A stretch of 64,000 bases of DNA from the NCBI GenBank assembly GCA_963663165.1, contig OY760175.1, positions 5,440,001-5,504,000 of the forward strand, in the 5' to 3' direction. Origin of the DNA: an uncultured Desulfospira sp. GTDB taxonomy: Bacteria > Desulfobacterota > Desulfobacteria > Desulfobacterales > Desulfobacteraceae. Shown in pieces: positions 19,585-27,782 of this stretch (its first letter is position 1; the number at the start of each line of letters is the position of its first letter). The notes beneath the pieces are model-generated. The model saw only the letters and a list, made by a program, of their open reading frames with translations. It was not told the origin of the DNA and ran no database searches. A program made the translations under genes and the position numbers.

Positions 19585-21339
19585 TTATTTTGCATCTGCT
19601 GGACAAAACAGCGTTGAGATTTTTACCGTTAATTCAGTATCCCTTATCATTTTTTTGATCCCCGGGAATATTTTGCAATTGTTTTCAGCCGCCTTGGTCA
19701 GCTCTTTTTGTACCAGATCAGCATCAATTTGTGAAAACCTTTCTGCCAGGTTGGAACATCCATTGAGAATAATCTCCATATACTTGTCGTTTTTTAAATT
19801 TTGCACCAGCGGCGTGTCGGCAAGGACCGCTTTTAGCATTTTGTTCAGCGATCCCATGCCGGTTTTTTTCCGACCTCGTCGTTTTTCATCCCGGAAAAAT
19901 CTCTCCAGAAGGTTATTCGTCCTCTGTGGTTGGACCGTAAAAATTCCGTCCGATGTGACGACTGGTATCGGGTCGGCAAAGAGCTTTTCCCAGTATTTGT
20001 CAATCTGTGCCACCATGTTAGCATAGGTTTTTTGTCTGTGTTTATTCTCAAGGAGCCAGTTCCTGAATTCAGTCACTTTTTCTTCAATACTTTTCATGTT
20101 CATGGAATCGCCATTATCATTAATGCCATTTTTGCCATCAGGAAGGGCAATTCGCATAGCACAACGCAGCTTGTCAAATACGGCTGCCTTTGATTCCATG
20201 TTTTTGGCAAGATCATTAAGACGCTTATCTTCTACGACTTTTATGACTACTTTATATAATTGGGAAAAGGCTCTGTTTAAATTTGCTGCCTCACTGAGGT
20301 TCACGGTCATGATTTGTTCCAGCAACCGGAGAACATCTTGAAGACGTCGATAAAAATCAAGGTATGGACGGTCAAAAGGGAAACCATATCCGTTGGATTG
20401 ATTTGGATAGTCAAATATCCAATGGATTAAAGCATATGCCATAATCGTGGGGATATGATCGAAATCAGTTGCCTGCCAATTCCCACTTTGAAGGCTCTCA
20501 ATAATTTCATCAATATCCTTGCCGACCGGATCAATTTTTTTCTCAAGATACTTGGCCTGCCTCCTCAATGCAGGTCGAACCTTGAGTTTCTTTAACCGTT
20601 TCTGCAAAAAACTATATTCATCAGCTAGCAGGTCTTTGCCAATGTCACGCAGGAAATGAAAATGACATATAAAATCGGGTGTCCCTGGGAAAACTTCCTC
20701 CACCGCACTGACAATCCCTTTACCCATATCGTGTACGAGTGCCCTTGGTTCACCATACTGCTCTTTGATGCTACGGAAAAATGGGATGAGCTCATCTTTT
20801 TTCTCTGAAGAAATTTTTACCGTATCAAGGACCAGTTCTGAGAGTCCGTCAAGGCCGCAAAATAGATTGGGGCTATCACCTTCACAAGTTCCATCCACAT
20901 GAAGGATATATCCTCCCCTGCTTGTGAAGAACTTTCGCAGAGCCGGCCGGCTCTGTCGGTGAGCCAGGGCAAGATAAATGATAAACTTACGGCCCAGAAA
21001 GCTGATCTCCCGTTCAGAGATGAATACATTCTTGATCGCCAATTCAGCCATGACCTCCTGATTGCTGAGACAACGGACAAAAAGTGCAAACCCCACCTCC
21101 ACAATGACATCAAACCCGAAAGTGCCGCCCCTGGGTACAAGGTTTCGAAGCTGTTCGGACCTGAACGTTCCGTGACCGTGGGGGCAATACAATACCGTTT
21201 CCTTGGCAAAATAGGCACCGATGTCCATGGTGACCCTGGTCTTCGTATCGGTTTTCTGAACATGGAGTGTAGAATTACAATCAGGGCATTTTAAAATTTC
21301 CGGGTAAAAATGCAAAGTCGGCTTTGCTGAGAATAGCAC
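19585..21339 (-). CDS. Transposase catalytic ORF (OrfB)
   Basis: CPDC...CPHGH Zn ribbon, LHVDGT, LVHDMG, CHFH and RTNNLLERFFR. Confidence 0.85.
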   Translation of the reverse strand: MLFSAKPTLHFYPEILKCPDCNSTLHVQKTDTKTRVTMDIGAYFAKETVLYCPHGHGTFRSEQLRNLVPRGGTFGFDVIVEVGFALFVRCLSNQEVMAELAIKNVFISEREISFLGRKFIIYLALAHRQSRPALRKFFTSRGGYILHVDGTCEGDSPNLFCGLDGLSELVLDTVKISSEKKDELIPFFRSIKEQYGEPRALVHDMGKGIVSAVEEVFPGTPDFICHFHFLRDIGKDLLADEYSFLQKRLKKLKVRPALRRQAKYLEKKIDPVGKDIDEIIESLQSGNWQATDFDHIPTIMAYALIHWIFDYPNQSNGYGFPFDRPYLDFYRRLQDVLRLLEQIMTVNLSEAANLNRAFSQLYKVVIKVVEDKRLNDLAKNMESKAAVFDKLRCAMRIALPDGKNGINDNGDSMNMKSIEEKVTEFRNWLLENKHRQKTYANMVAQIDKYWEKLFADPIPVVTSDGIFTVQPQRTNNLLERFFRDEKRRGRKKTGMGSLNKMLKAVLADTPLVQNLKNDKYMEIILNGCSNLAERFSQIDADLVQKELTKAAENNCKIFPGIKKMIRDTELTVKISTLFCPADAK

Positions 21340-21389
21340 ACTAGTTTGGACGGACCCAGTCAGCTTGGAGATAAAGCTTTTGAGCAGTT

Positions 21390-22055
21390 TTAATGCTTGG
21401 AATCCGGAATTTTTTTTAACAACTCATGAGACTCCATAAATCCTTGGATATTAGCCGGCTTTAGTTTGCTCTTTTTGATCTCCGGCAAGCCCAAAATGTC
21501 TTCTGCGGATATGCCATGATGCCTGATAATAGCAACCAGAATCATGACTGCTTCCTGGTCAGAAATGGAAATAGCCGCTTGACGGAGGACAAGGGAACTC
21601 CTTTGTTTTACTTGATTTTTAAATATTGAAATGTTGTCAGAGAAGTAGACATAGACACCAGCGTGCTTTTCTCGACAGATACCCGGACAACTACGGAAAT
21701 GATGCACAAAGGATTGTGGTGATAACCCAAGAAGTTCACCAAGTTGTCTGCCGGTAAGCCCTTCAGATGAGGAGTTCACTAAATGGATAATGGTTTTTTT
21801 TAGATTACCATACTTAGAGAACGCGGCATTTTTAAATTGCCATATACCATAAACGTCAAATTGAGGGATTTCAGGCAAAGTATAATACTTCCCGTTTTGA
21901 TTGTAACTTGTGTAGGTCTTCCACTGTTTAAGTTTTGTTTGGGCAGTTCTGGAGGAACAATCCAGAATTGAAACAAGCTTTTTGAGGGTAAAAATTTTTT
22001 GTTTTTTAAGCGTTGATCTGGCCGATTCAATTTTTTGAACGTCGATAATAGGCAT
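21390..22055 (-). CDS. IS OrfA (probable HTH protein)
   Basis: Lies inside the IRs; HTH-like segments such as GLTGRQLGELLGL; start ATG 22055 with GAGG RBS. Confidence 0.7.
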   Translation of the reverse strand: MPIIDVQKIESARSTLKKQKIFTLKKLVSILDCSSRTAQTKLKQWKTYTSYNQNGKYYTLPEIPQFDVYGIWQFKNAAFSKYGNLKKTIIHLVNSSSEGLTGRQLGELLGLSPQSFVHHFRSCPGICREKHAGVYVYFSDNISIFKNQVKQRSSLVLRQAAISISDQEAVMILVAIIRHHGISAEDILGLPEIKKSKLKPANIQGFMESHELLKKIPDSKH

Positions 22056-22355
22056 GACAACCTCTCTTCGTAGTATATGATATTTGTGCCAAATAATATC
22101 ATATACTACGAAGCAATAACAGGAAAAATAATCCATTTCGCCCAGAATCTTAGAGTTTTTCGATTCAACGACTAAAACATATACTTTGCAAATTGAAACA
22201 AGTTGTATTAATTGAATTAAAAATCAGTTGGTTGAAAAAATCCAACTGTCATTTGCGGTTATAGGTCTACCTGTACCCTTTCAAGGTCTGTTTCGGCGGT
22301 GATGGTACGGCGCGGTTTTCCCCAGATAGAATTAAAAGTGAGTCTGGTTACGTCT

Positions 22356-22643
22356 TCAGGCATGACAACTTTCCTTTACTTTCATTGAGGCAGTTTTTGC
22401 GACACGGGATGACCAGCAGAATATTTTCCCGTCAGATGCCTCAGACCCCAAAGATCGAGGCCGTTTTATGAATTTTACCGGGTGTATTTTAATATGACGT
22501 TGGTACACCCGTTCCTTGAATATGACCTTTTTACAACCGATTATGCTAACTTTGTTGTTCTTTCCTACCAAGTCCCTGAGGTGCTTGTCAATTAATATCG
22601 GCTTGACTTTTTGAGAAACAGGCAATAATTGTATACTTCTCAT
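22356..22643 (-). CDS. Basic hypothetical protein, 95 aa
   Basis: AAGGA RBS-like sequence upstream; follows the ATPase stop and overlaps the next start. Confidence 0.45.
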   Translation of the reverse strand: MRSIQLLPVSQKVKPILIDKHLRDLVGKNNKVSIIGCKKVIFKERVYQRHIKIHPVKFIKRPRSLGSEASDGKIFCWSSRVAKTASMKVKESCHA

Positions 22644-22657
22644 TAAAAGCAGTCCTT

Positions 22658-25162
22658 TCAGGCGTATGCCTGCCAGACGGCACGGCGATGCCGAATTTCC
22701 CTGTCAATGGCTGCAACATCCATCCCGTATTTCAGCGATGACGCTCTTTTTATTCCGGCAGCAATGCTTTCGTCATACCGGGTGTCATCCAGTACTGTCT
22801 CTAGGCTGAAAGGCGCAAGGGCGTTATTTTTTGTCTGCATCCGGACGTAAGCATGCCAATTGGGCAAAGAGATGATATCCTGCTTATCAAATACCGGTGA
22901 AAGTGAAACAGCCATCTCTTTTGCATCCTCCTGCCCAAGACGGAATATGGCAATCTGGCCTACATTTCCAAGAACGGCTGAAAGCAAATTATTCCGGGTG
23001 TTTTTGCCTCTGTTTTTCAACTGACCGGCATACTGGGTGGACAGAACAAGTCCCAACCGGTACTTCCGGGCCTCGGACAAAAGTTCCATAAAATTTTCAG
23101 CCGGAAGGTTGTGGGCTTCATCCACATAAAGAAAAAAGTCCCGGCGCTCTGACGGCGGCATTACAGCTCTTTTCATGGCAGCCAGTTTAAACCGGCTGAC
23201 AATCATGTTGACCAGGAACGCGGAGACCATGCTGCCAAACCGGCCCTTGCCCAGCTTCATTAAAAAAATTTTCCCCTGGTCCAGAATCTGTTCAAAACTA
23301 AAAGTGGTGTGTGACTGGCCGACAATTCTTTTCAGGACGGTATCCTGGAATCGTGAAAATTTGGAAATGACATAAGGCGCGATATTGGCAAGGGTAGCCT
23401 CGCCCCCGGCCCGTTCCGCCTGCGCCAGGAAATCATGGAGCTGATAATCATCCACTGTGGACTTAAGATAATCCCTGAATTCTTCATCCAGGAAAAAGGT
23501 GGGGAAATCCAGTATGGTGGGCGTAAAACCAGCCCTTTTTTTGTCACCCATCAATAATCCCATCGCCCCCCTGAAGTACTGCTCAAAAATAGGCCCCCCG
23601 GTCTGGGAGAGATCGTAACTATGGTGAATACACTGGTATATTTCATCAACGATAAGATCACGTTCCTGGAGCGTGTTCCATTCCAAAACATTAAAACCCA
23701 TGGGCCTTGACGGTTCAAGAGGATCAAAAAAGATCACGTCATCCGCCCGGTCTTCGGGAATCCGGGCCATGATATTATCAATCATATCCCCGTGAGGATC
23801 TATGACAGCCACACCTTTGCCGTTTTGAATATCCTGAACAATCATATTGCTCATCTGCGTGGATTTGCCGGTGCCTGTCTGCCCAATGATAAAGCTGTGC
23901 CGGAACCGGTCCTCATTGTTGATTCGAACAGGCTTTTGCCTCCCCTGGTACGTGTTCATACCAATGAGGACATCATCTGCGGCCAGGGGGTTTTCTTCGA
24001 TCATGGATAAAGCACTCCGGAATTTTTTTACCGGGAATCCGGGCGGGATCTCTTCAAAAGGAGGATTGGGCAGCCGGAAAGCACAGGAGGCCTCAAGGGC
24101 GGAGAACGGTTCAATGCTTTTTGGGATGTATTGCATTTCAACAGCGTTCTCAACACGGATCTGTGAAATCCGTGTGCCTGATTTCCATAAAGGATTCTGC
24201 TCGGAACGGCCTGACGGCCCGGTGATGGAATCGGCCAGAAGCTTGCCTAAAAACCCGTCCGGCTGACCGGCAGTCAACAGAAATACGCCAAGATCAAAGC
24301 TGCCCTCTGAAAGCTGATTCATCCGGTCAAGGATTTGCCTGCGAATGTCATCTGCCTGCTCTCTTAACGTCACATTATTATTAAACTTCATGTCCAGAAA
24401 CCGGTCGCACTTTTTTATCTTTTCTTCCATATTCCCGATATTTTTTGCAGTGAGCGCATGCTGCCTGATTCTGATGATAATTCTGACCGGATCAATATGA
24501 CTGAGCATCACATTCATCAGGGTGGACCAGTCGTCATCTGATGGGTACCAGGAAAAAACATGGCGAACCATATAGTTTTCTGAACCGCCAAAATTGTCGG
24601 CGGCCGGGGCGGTATACCCGATTCTGCCCGGGGAGAACGGGGCTTGCAGACAGACCTTTTCCGTCTTCCGATGGATCATCAGGGCAGAGTGAAACGGCGT
24701 TGTATTTGTTATCAGCATCACTTTCCTGTGATCGGAAACCACCCGGAAATCCGCTTCAGGGAAACATGAGGACAGAAGCGGCTTAACACTTAAGAAAGTT
24801 GCAATGATTTTTTCTTTAACTGTCTGTTCACTGGCATTCTTACAATGGATGGCCAATGCAATTTCCAGCCTGTTTCCTGCCGGATCACTCAGGCTGGGAA
24901 AAGAGGTCATTATCAGCTCCAGGGAAACTGATTTATCAAGGAACGACAAGGACCGGGTGAATGCAAGCCGTTTTTTCTGCAGATTGGCAGGACTGATCCT
25001 GTTAAGGGCTGCAATGCGGCTGTCCCTGACCTGTGAATCAATCATCAAAAGTTCTCCCTGGAGAATAGAATCCAGACGCAGCAGGGCCGTACCCTCAAAC
25101 GCATCCTTTGCTTTTCGGATCACAATTGCCGGGAAAAATGTCAATGGTTTCTCCTTATACAT
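22658..25162 (-). CDS. HerA/FtsK-superfamily ATPase (VirB4/VirD4-TraG-like)
   Basis: RHSFIIGQTGTGKST, VIDPHGD, LYVDEAH and SEARKYRLGLVLSTQ. Confidence 0.88.
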   Translation of the reverse strand: MYKEKPLTFFPAIVIRKAKDAFEGTALLRLDSILQGELLMIDSQVRDSRIAALNRISPANLQKKRLAFTRSLSFLDKSVSLELIMTSFPSLSDPAGNRLEIALAIHCKNASEQTVKEKIIATFLSVKPLLSSCFPEADFRVVSDHRKVMLITNTTPFHSALMIHRKTEKVCLQAPFSPGRIGYTAPAADNFGGSENYMVRHVFSWYPSDDDWSTLMNVMLSHIDPVRIIIRIRQHALTAKNIGNMEEKIKKCDRFLDMKFNNNVTLREQADDIRRQILDRMNQLSEGSFDLGVFLLTAGQPDGFLGKLLADSITGPSGRSEQNPLWKSGTRISQIRVENAVEMQYIPKSIEPFSALEASCAFRLPNPPFEEIPPGFPVKKFRSALSMIEENPLAADDVLIGMNTYQGRQKPVRINNEDRFRHSFIIGQTGTGKSTQMSNMIVQDIQNGKGVAVIDPHGDMIDNIMARIPEDRADDVIFFDPLEPSRPMGFNVLEWNTLQERDLIVDEIYQCIHHSYDLSQTGGPIFEQYFRGAMGLLMGDKKRAGFTPTILDFPTFFLDEEFRDYLKSTVDDYQLHDFLAQAERAGGEATLANIAPYVISKFSRFQDTVLKRIVGQSHTTFSFEQILDQGKIFLMKLGKGRFGSMVSAFLVNMIVSRFKLAAMKRAVMPPSERRDFFLYVDEAHNLPAENFMELLSEARKYRLGLVLSTQYAGQLKNRGKNTRNNLLSAVLGNVGQIAIFRLGQEDAKEMAVSLSPVFDKQDIISLPNWHAYVRMQTKNNALAPFSLETVLDDTRYDESIAAGIKRASSLKYGMDVAAIDREIRHRRAVWQAYA

Positions 25163-25221
25163 TTTTAAAAACCTCTCCTGGTTACGCCGGGTAAAAATCT
25201 CGCAGCAGGCAGGACGCCGTG

Positions 25222-25431
25222 TTATCCTGGTAAATTTAGATTCAACTGCCTTGATATGGCCTCGTCAGGCAACCCCATGCGCTTAAGTTCGGCCGCCATC
25301 TCACGCTTGACGGCATTATTCCGCAGATGCCGTAAGGTATTGCACCCATCCCCTTTTACCGTCTCTGCCGGTCTCTGCTCTGGCCGGCCTGCCAACCTGC
25401 CTTTTTCCGGGATATTTATCAACTCTGCCAT
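25222..25431 (-). CDS. Small hypothetical protein
   Basis: AGGGGAG RBS; co-oriented 69-aa ORF. Confidence 0.5.
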   Translation of the reverse strand: MAELINIPEKGRLAGRPEQRPAETVKGDGCNTLRHLRNNAVKREMAAELKRMGLPDEAISRQLNLNLPG

Positions 25432-25438
25432 ACTCCCC

Positions 25439-25636
25439 TTACAATAATTTTTCTTTCAGAAAACGGATGGTTTTGCCCGTCGCAATACTGATGCCCCTGG
25501 CGCAGCCGTTCATATCATCACAGTATGACTGGGGTGCATCCATGCTGATTTTACGTTCGACATCCCTTTGCGCCTCAATCAACATCTGCTCCAGTTCTTC
25601 AATTACTTTTTTGATCCTGTACTTTGTTTTAATCAT
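25439..25636 (-). CDS. Small helical hypothetical protein
   Basis: AGGAGG RBS; 65-aa ORF. Confidence 0.6.
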   Translation of the reverse strand: MIKTKYRIKKVIEELEQMLIEAQRDVERKISMDAPQSYCDDMNGCARGISIATGKTIRFLKEKLL

Positions 25637-25672
25637 TGTCCCCTCCTTTTACTGTTTTTGCGGGCAAGCACA

Positions 25673-26194
25673 TCACCTGACCGGTTTACCGGATTTAATG
25701 ATCTTCGGGTGTTTCCCGTACACGTCGGCCGGGATAAAAACGCAAGACTGCCCCGGAGATTTAACAGACTGGTACTTTATGGCCTTTCCTTTTTTTGCGG
25801 CTGCTGCTCCCATCTTTCCCCCGAGTTTTGGGCCGATGACATTTTTTTTTACAGTGCCCCTCAAATCTTTGTACTTTACCTGTTTTTTGATGCTGGCAGG
25901 GGTGGGCTTTCTCATATTGATTGTATTGTTCTTCAGGTAATTGCTTTCCTTGAATCTGATTACGGCATCAGCGGCTTTTGATTCCACTTTTGCGGTTTTC
26001 CCTTTAGGGGCCAGATACACCCCTTTGCCGAATCTGGCGGCGCTTTTCATTTTTGCTCGGCTGAAGCCTTTCTGCAGAATTTTCCTGGCTGCCGCTTTCC
26101 GGGTGGCGTGAAATAAAAACGCATGGCAGGGCGCATGGTACAGCCCGGCATCCAGCAGCATAATACAGGCCAAACACAGCATTGATCGTTTCAT
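25673..26194 (-). CDS. Signal-peptide-bearing RES/ADP-ribosyltransferase-fold protein
   Basis: MKRSMLCLACIMLL...CHA signal-like N-terminus; LFHAT...KGF...RFGKGVYLA...TAKVE...IKYQSVKSPG; GGAGG RBS. Confidence 0.6.
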   Translation of the reverse strand: MKRSMLCLACIMLLDAGLYHAPCHAFLFHATRKAAARKILQKGFSRAKMKSAARFGKGVYLAPKGKTAKVESKAADAVIRFKESNYLKNNTINMRKPTPASIKKQVKYKDLRGTVKKNVIGPKLGGKMGAAAAKKGKAIKYQSVKSPGQSCVFIPADVYGKHPKIIKSGKPVR

Positions 26195-26313
26195 TGGATT
26201 CCTCCTTCCATTCAAGGTTTTGATTCAAGGTTTTGATGCCCCCTTATTTTAATTCTTCACCTGTAACAGAATATACGGAGATGATTTTTTAAATTTCAAA
26301 AAAATCTTGTGAG

Positions 26314-26757
26314 TCATGGCTGCAAGTCTTCCCAGAGTTCCCTGGCCTCATCAATCCACCCCTCACATTGTTCCTGGGTGAACTCATCCATGGGAATCCG
26401 CGTGACCCAGTAATTAAATTTCCGCAGCCGTTTCACCATGGCAGGCCCCCGGGTCTGGTTGACGGAATGAACCAGTATGGGCACATCATTGGGAATGTGA
26501 CGGATCAGGGTGTCCACCACCGTCATCCCGGTTAAAAGCTGATCGGCATCATTCACCGTATGTTCCTGGAGATCATGATCCAGCATTATCCCGGCATATA
26601 CATGGCCTTTGTCCCTCCGGATTAAACCGATTGCCTTGCCTGCACTGGTAACGACCACAGGCCTTGCATCCGCAGGCAGCCAGGCTTTAAGCAAATTGGC
26701 CCGCTCAATATTATCCTCCACGATAAGAATGCGAAAAAACCGCTTTGGTCCGGCCAT
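26314..26757 (-). CDS. Cyclic-phosphate-processing receiver (cREC)-like protein
   Basis: ILIVED...IMLDHDL...TGMTVV...ILVHSVN; LDHDL and HSxN are characteristic of this receiver clade. Confidence 0.7.
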   Translation of the reverse strand: MAGPKRFFRILIVEDNIERANLLKAWLPADARPVVVTSAGKAIGLIRRDKGHVYAGIMLDHDLQEHTVNDADQLLTGMTVVDTLIRHIPNDVPILVHSVNQTRGPAMVKRLRKFNYWVTRIPMDEFTQEQCEGWIDEARELWEDLQP

Positions 26758-26929
26758 ACCTTTTCTCCTGTATTTTAAAATCCGAGGAATTGAGGGGGGG
26801 GTGATAACATACGCCAGGCACATCAACTGATGCCTGGCATATGTTCTTTATTCCTGGCAGCGTCCTGGAGCAGATGCCGTCATTATGATAAGAGATACGG
26901 AGATGTTTTTTGAAAATTAAAAAATCAGA

Positions 26930-27271
26930 TTAACGCCTTCTTCCAAATCCGAGTATACGTCCCAGGATTTTAAACGGCAGAACAATCAGCTCAAAAATTA
27001 TCATGCTGGCCACCCGTTCAAATATCTTTTCGCCCATTACAATCTTTAAGGTTGCGATGACCATCCACACGCATAGCAGCAGGAATGCCCAGAACGGCAG
27101 CATTTCTATAATCTGGCCGATGAAAGGCGCAAGGACGGCGAGCAGACAGACCGTCACTGCGATGGCCCATGCCTTTGACATGCTTATCAGGCCAAGCATC
27201 AGGGCAAAACCAGCACCGACCAAAACCAGAATATATGCCTCTTCCGGTATGACCATCCAAAGTGTCTGCAT
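26930..27271 (-). CDS. Small membrane protein
   Basis: 113 aa with about four hydrophobic helices; AGGAG RBS. Confidence 0.7.
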   Translation of the reverse strand: MQTLWMVIPEEAYILVLVGAGFALMLGLISMSKAWAIAVTVCLLAVLAPFIGQIIEMLPFWAFLLLCVWMVIATLKIVMGEKIFERVASMIIFELIVLPFKILGRILGFGRRR

Positions 27272-27299
27272 ATTGTCTCCTTATATTGGGCGTTCCTGT

Positions 27300-27473
27300 T
27301 TACCGATTCTTTTTTGCATTATCCCGGCCAGACTTGTAAGTATCTCTATCGGCTTTGTTTTTCGGAGGTCTGTAATGGGGGCTTGACCCTCCGGATCGGA
27401 TAATATCCACGAAACTGTCGTTCCTGCTTTTCTTTTGATCCTGCTGCCCTTTCTTGTGATAATCTCTTCCCAT
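27300..27473 (-). CDS. 57-aa basic hydrophilic protein (MGRDYHKKGQQD...AKKNR), below the ORF-track cutoff
   Basis: Manual translation; GAAGGG RBS; preceded by the shared TCCGTA motif. Confidence 0.55.
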   Translation of the reverse strand: MGRDYHKKGQQDQKKSRNDSFVDIIRSGGSSPHYRPPKNKADRDTYKSGRDNAKKNR

Positions 27474-27782
27474 TTTGTTTCCCTTCTTTTTTGGGTAGTT
27501 TGCTCTCTAATAAGAAATGTATTCTTGACCTGGAGATATATACGGAAGTGTTTTTCAGATTTTAAAAAAATAATTTGTAACTATTTAGCTAATTCTGAAA
27601 AATAAGCAAAAATCAGGGCCTGTAACTGTTGATCATTGTTTGACATGAAATTTTTACCAGATGAAAAGGCATCTGCATCCCTTCCACGGTCTTGATTCGG
27701 ATAATAGTTTAGATACCATTCATCTATTAACTCTTTGACGGATTTTACAATCATGAAAATAAAGATTTTATTTTAGACCCAG

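Larger units (their letters stand above)
19559..22264 (-). mobile_element. 2706-bp insertion sequence with two ORFs; DDE transposase resembling the IS256/MULE superfamily
   Basis: 23-bp terminal IRs CTATGACCGCAAATGACGGTTGG and CCAACTGTCATTTGCGGTTATAG (21/23 match); 8-bp direct repeat GTCTACCT at 19551-19558 and 22265-22272. Confidence 0.93.
19452..22363 (-). pseudogene. 65-aa gene split by the IS (MPEDVTRLTF...ERVQVD|RARQPV...QGRLP*)
   Basis: Removing the IS and one GTCTACCT copy restores an ORF with an AAGGAAAG RBS that overlaps both neighbours. Confidence 0.65.

Noticed and set aside
22658..25162. Conjugative element or type IV secretion system
   Set aside because: No relaxase, integrase, oriT-like or VirB-type genes are visible in the window.
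26270..27575. Integron attC sites or a mini-CRISPR made of the repeated ATACGGA..TTTTT..AAAAAAT segments
   Set aside because: No GTTRRRY/RYYYAAC ends, spacing is irregular, and the fixed position upstream of starts fits promoters better.
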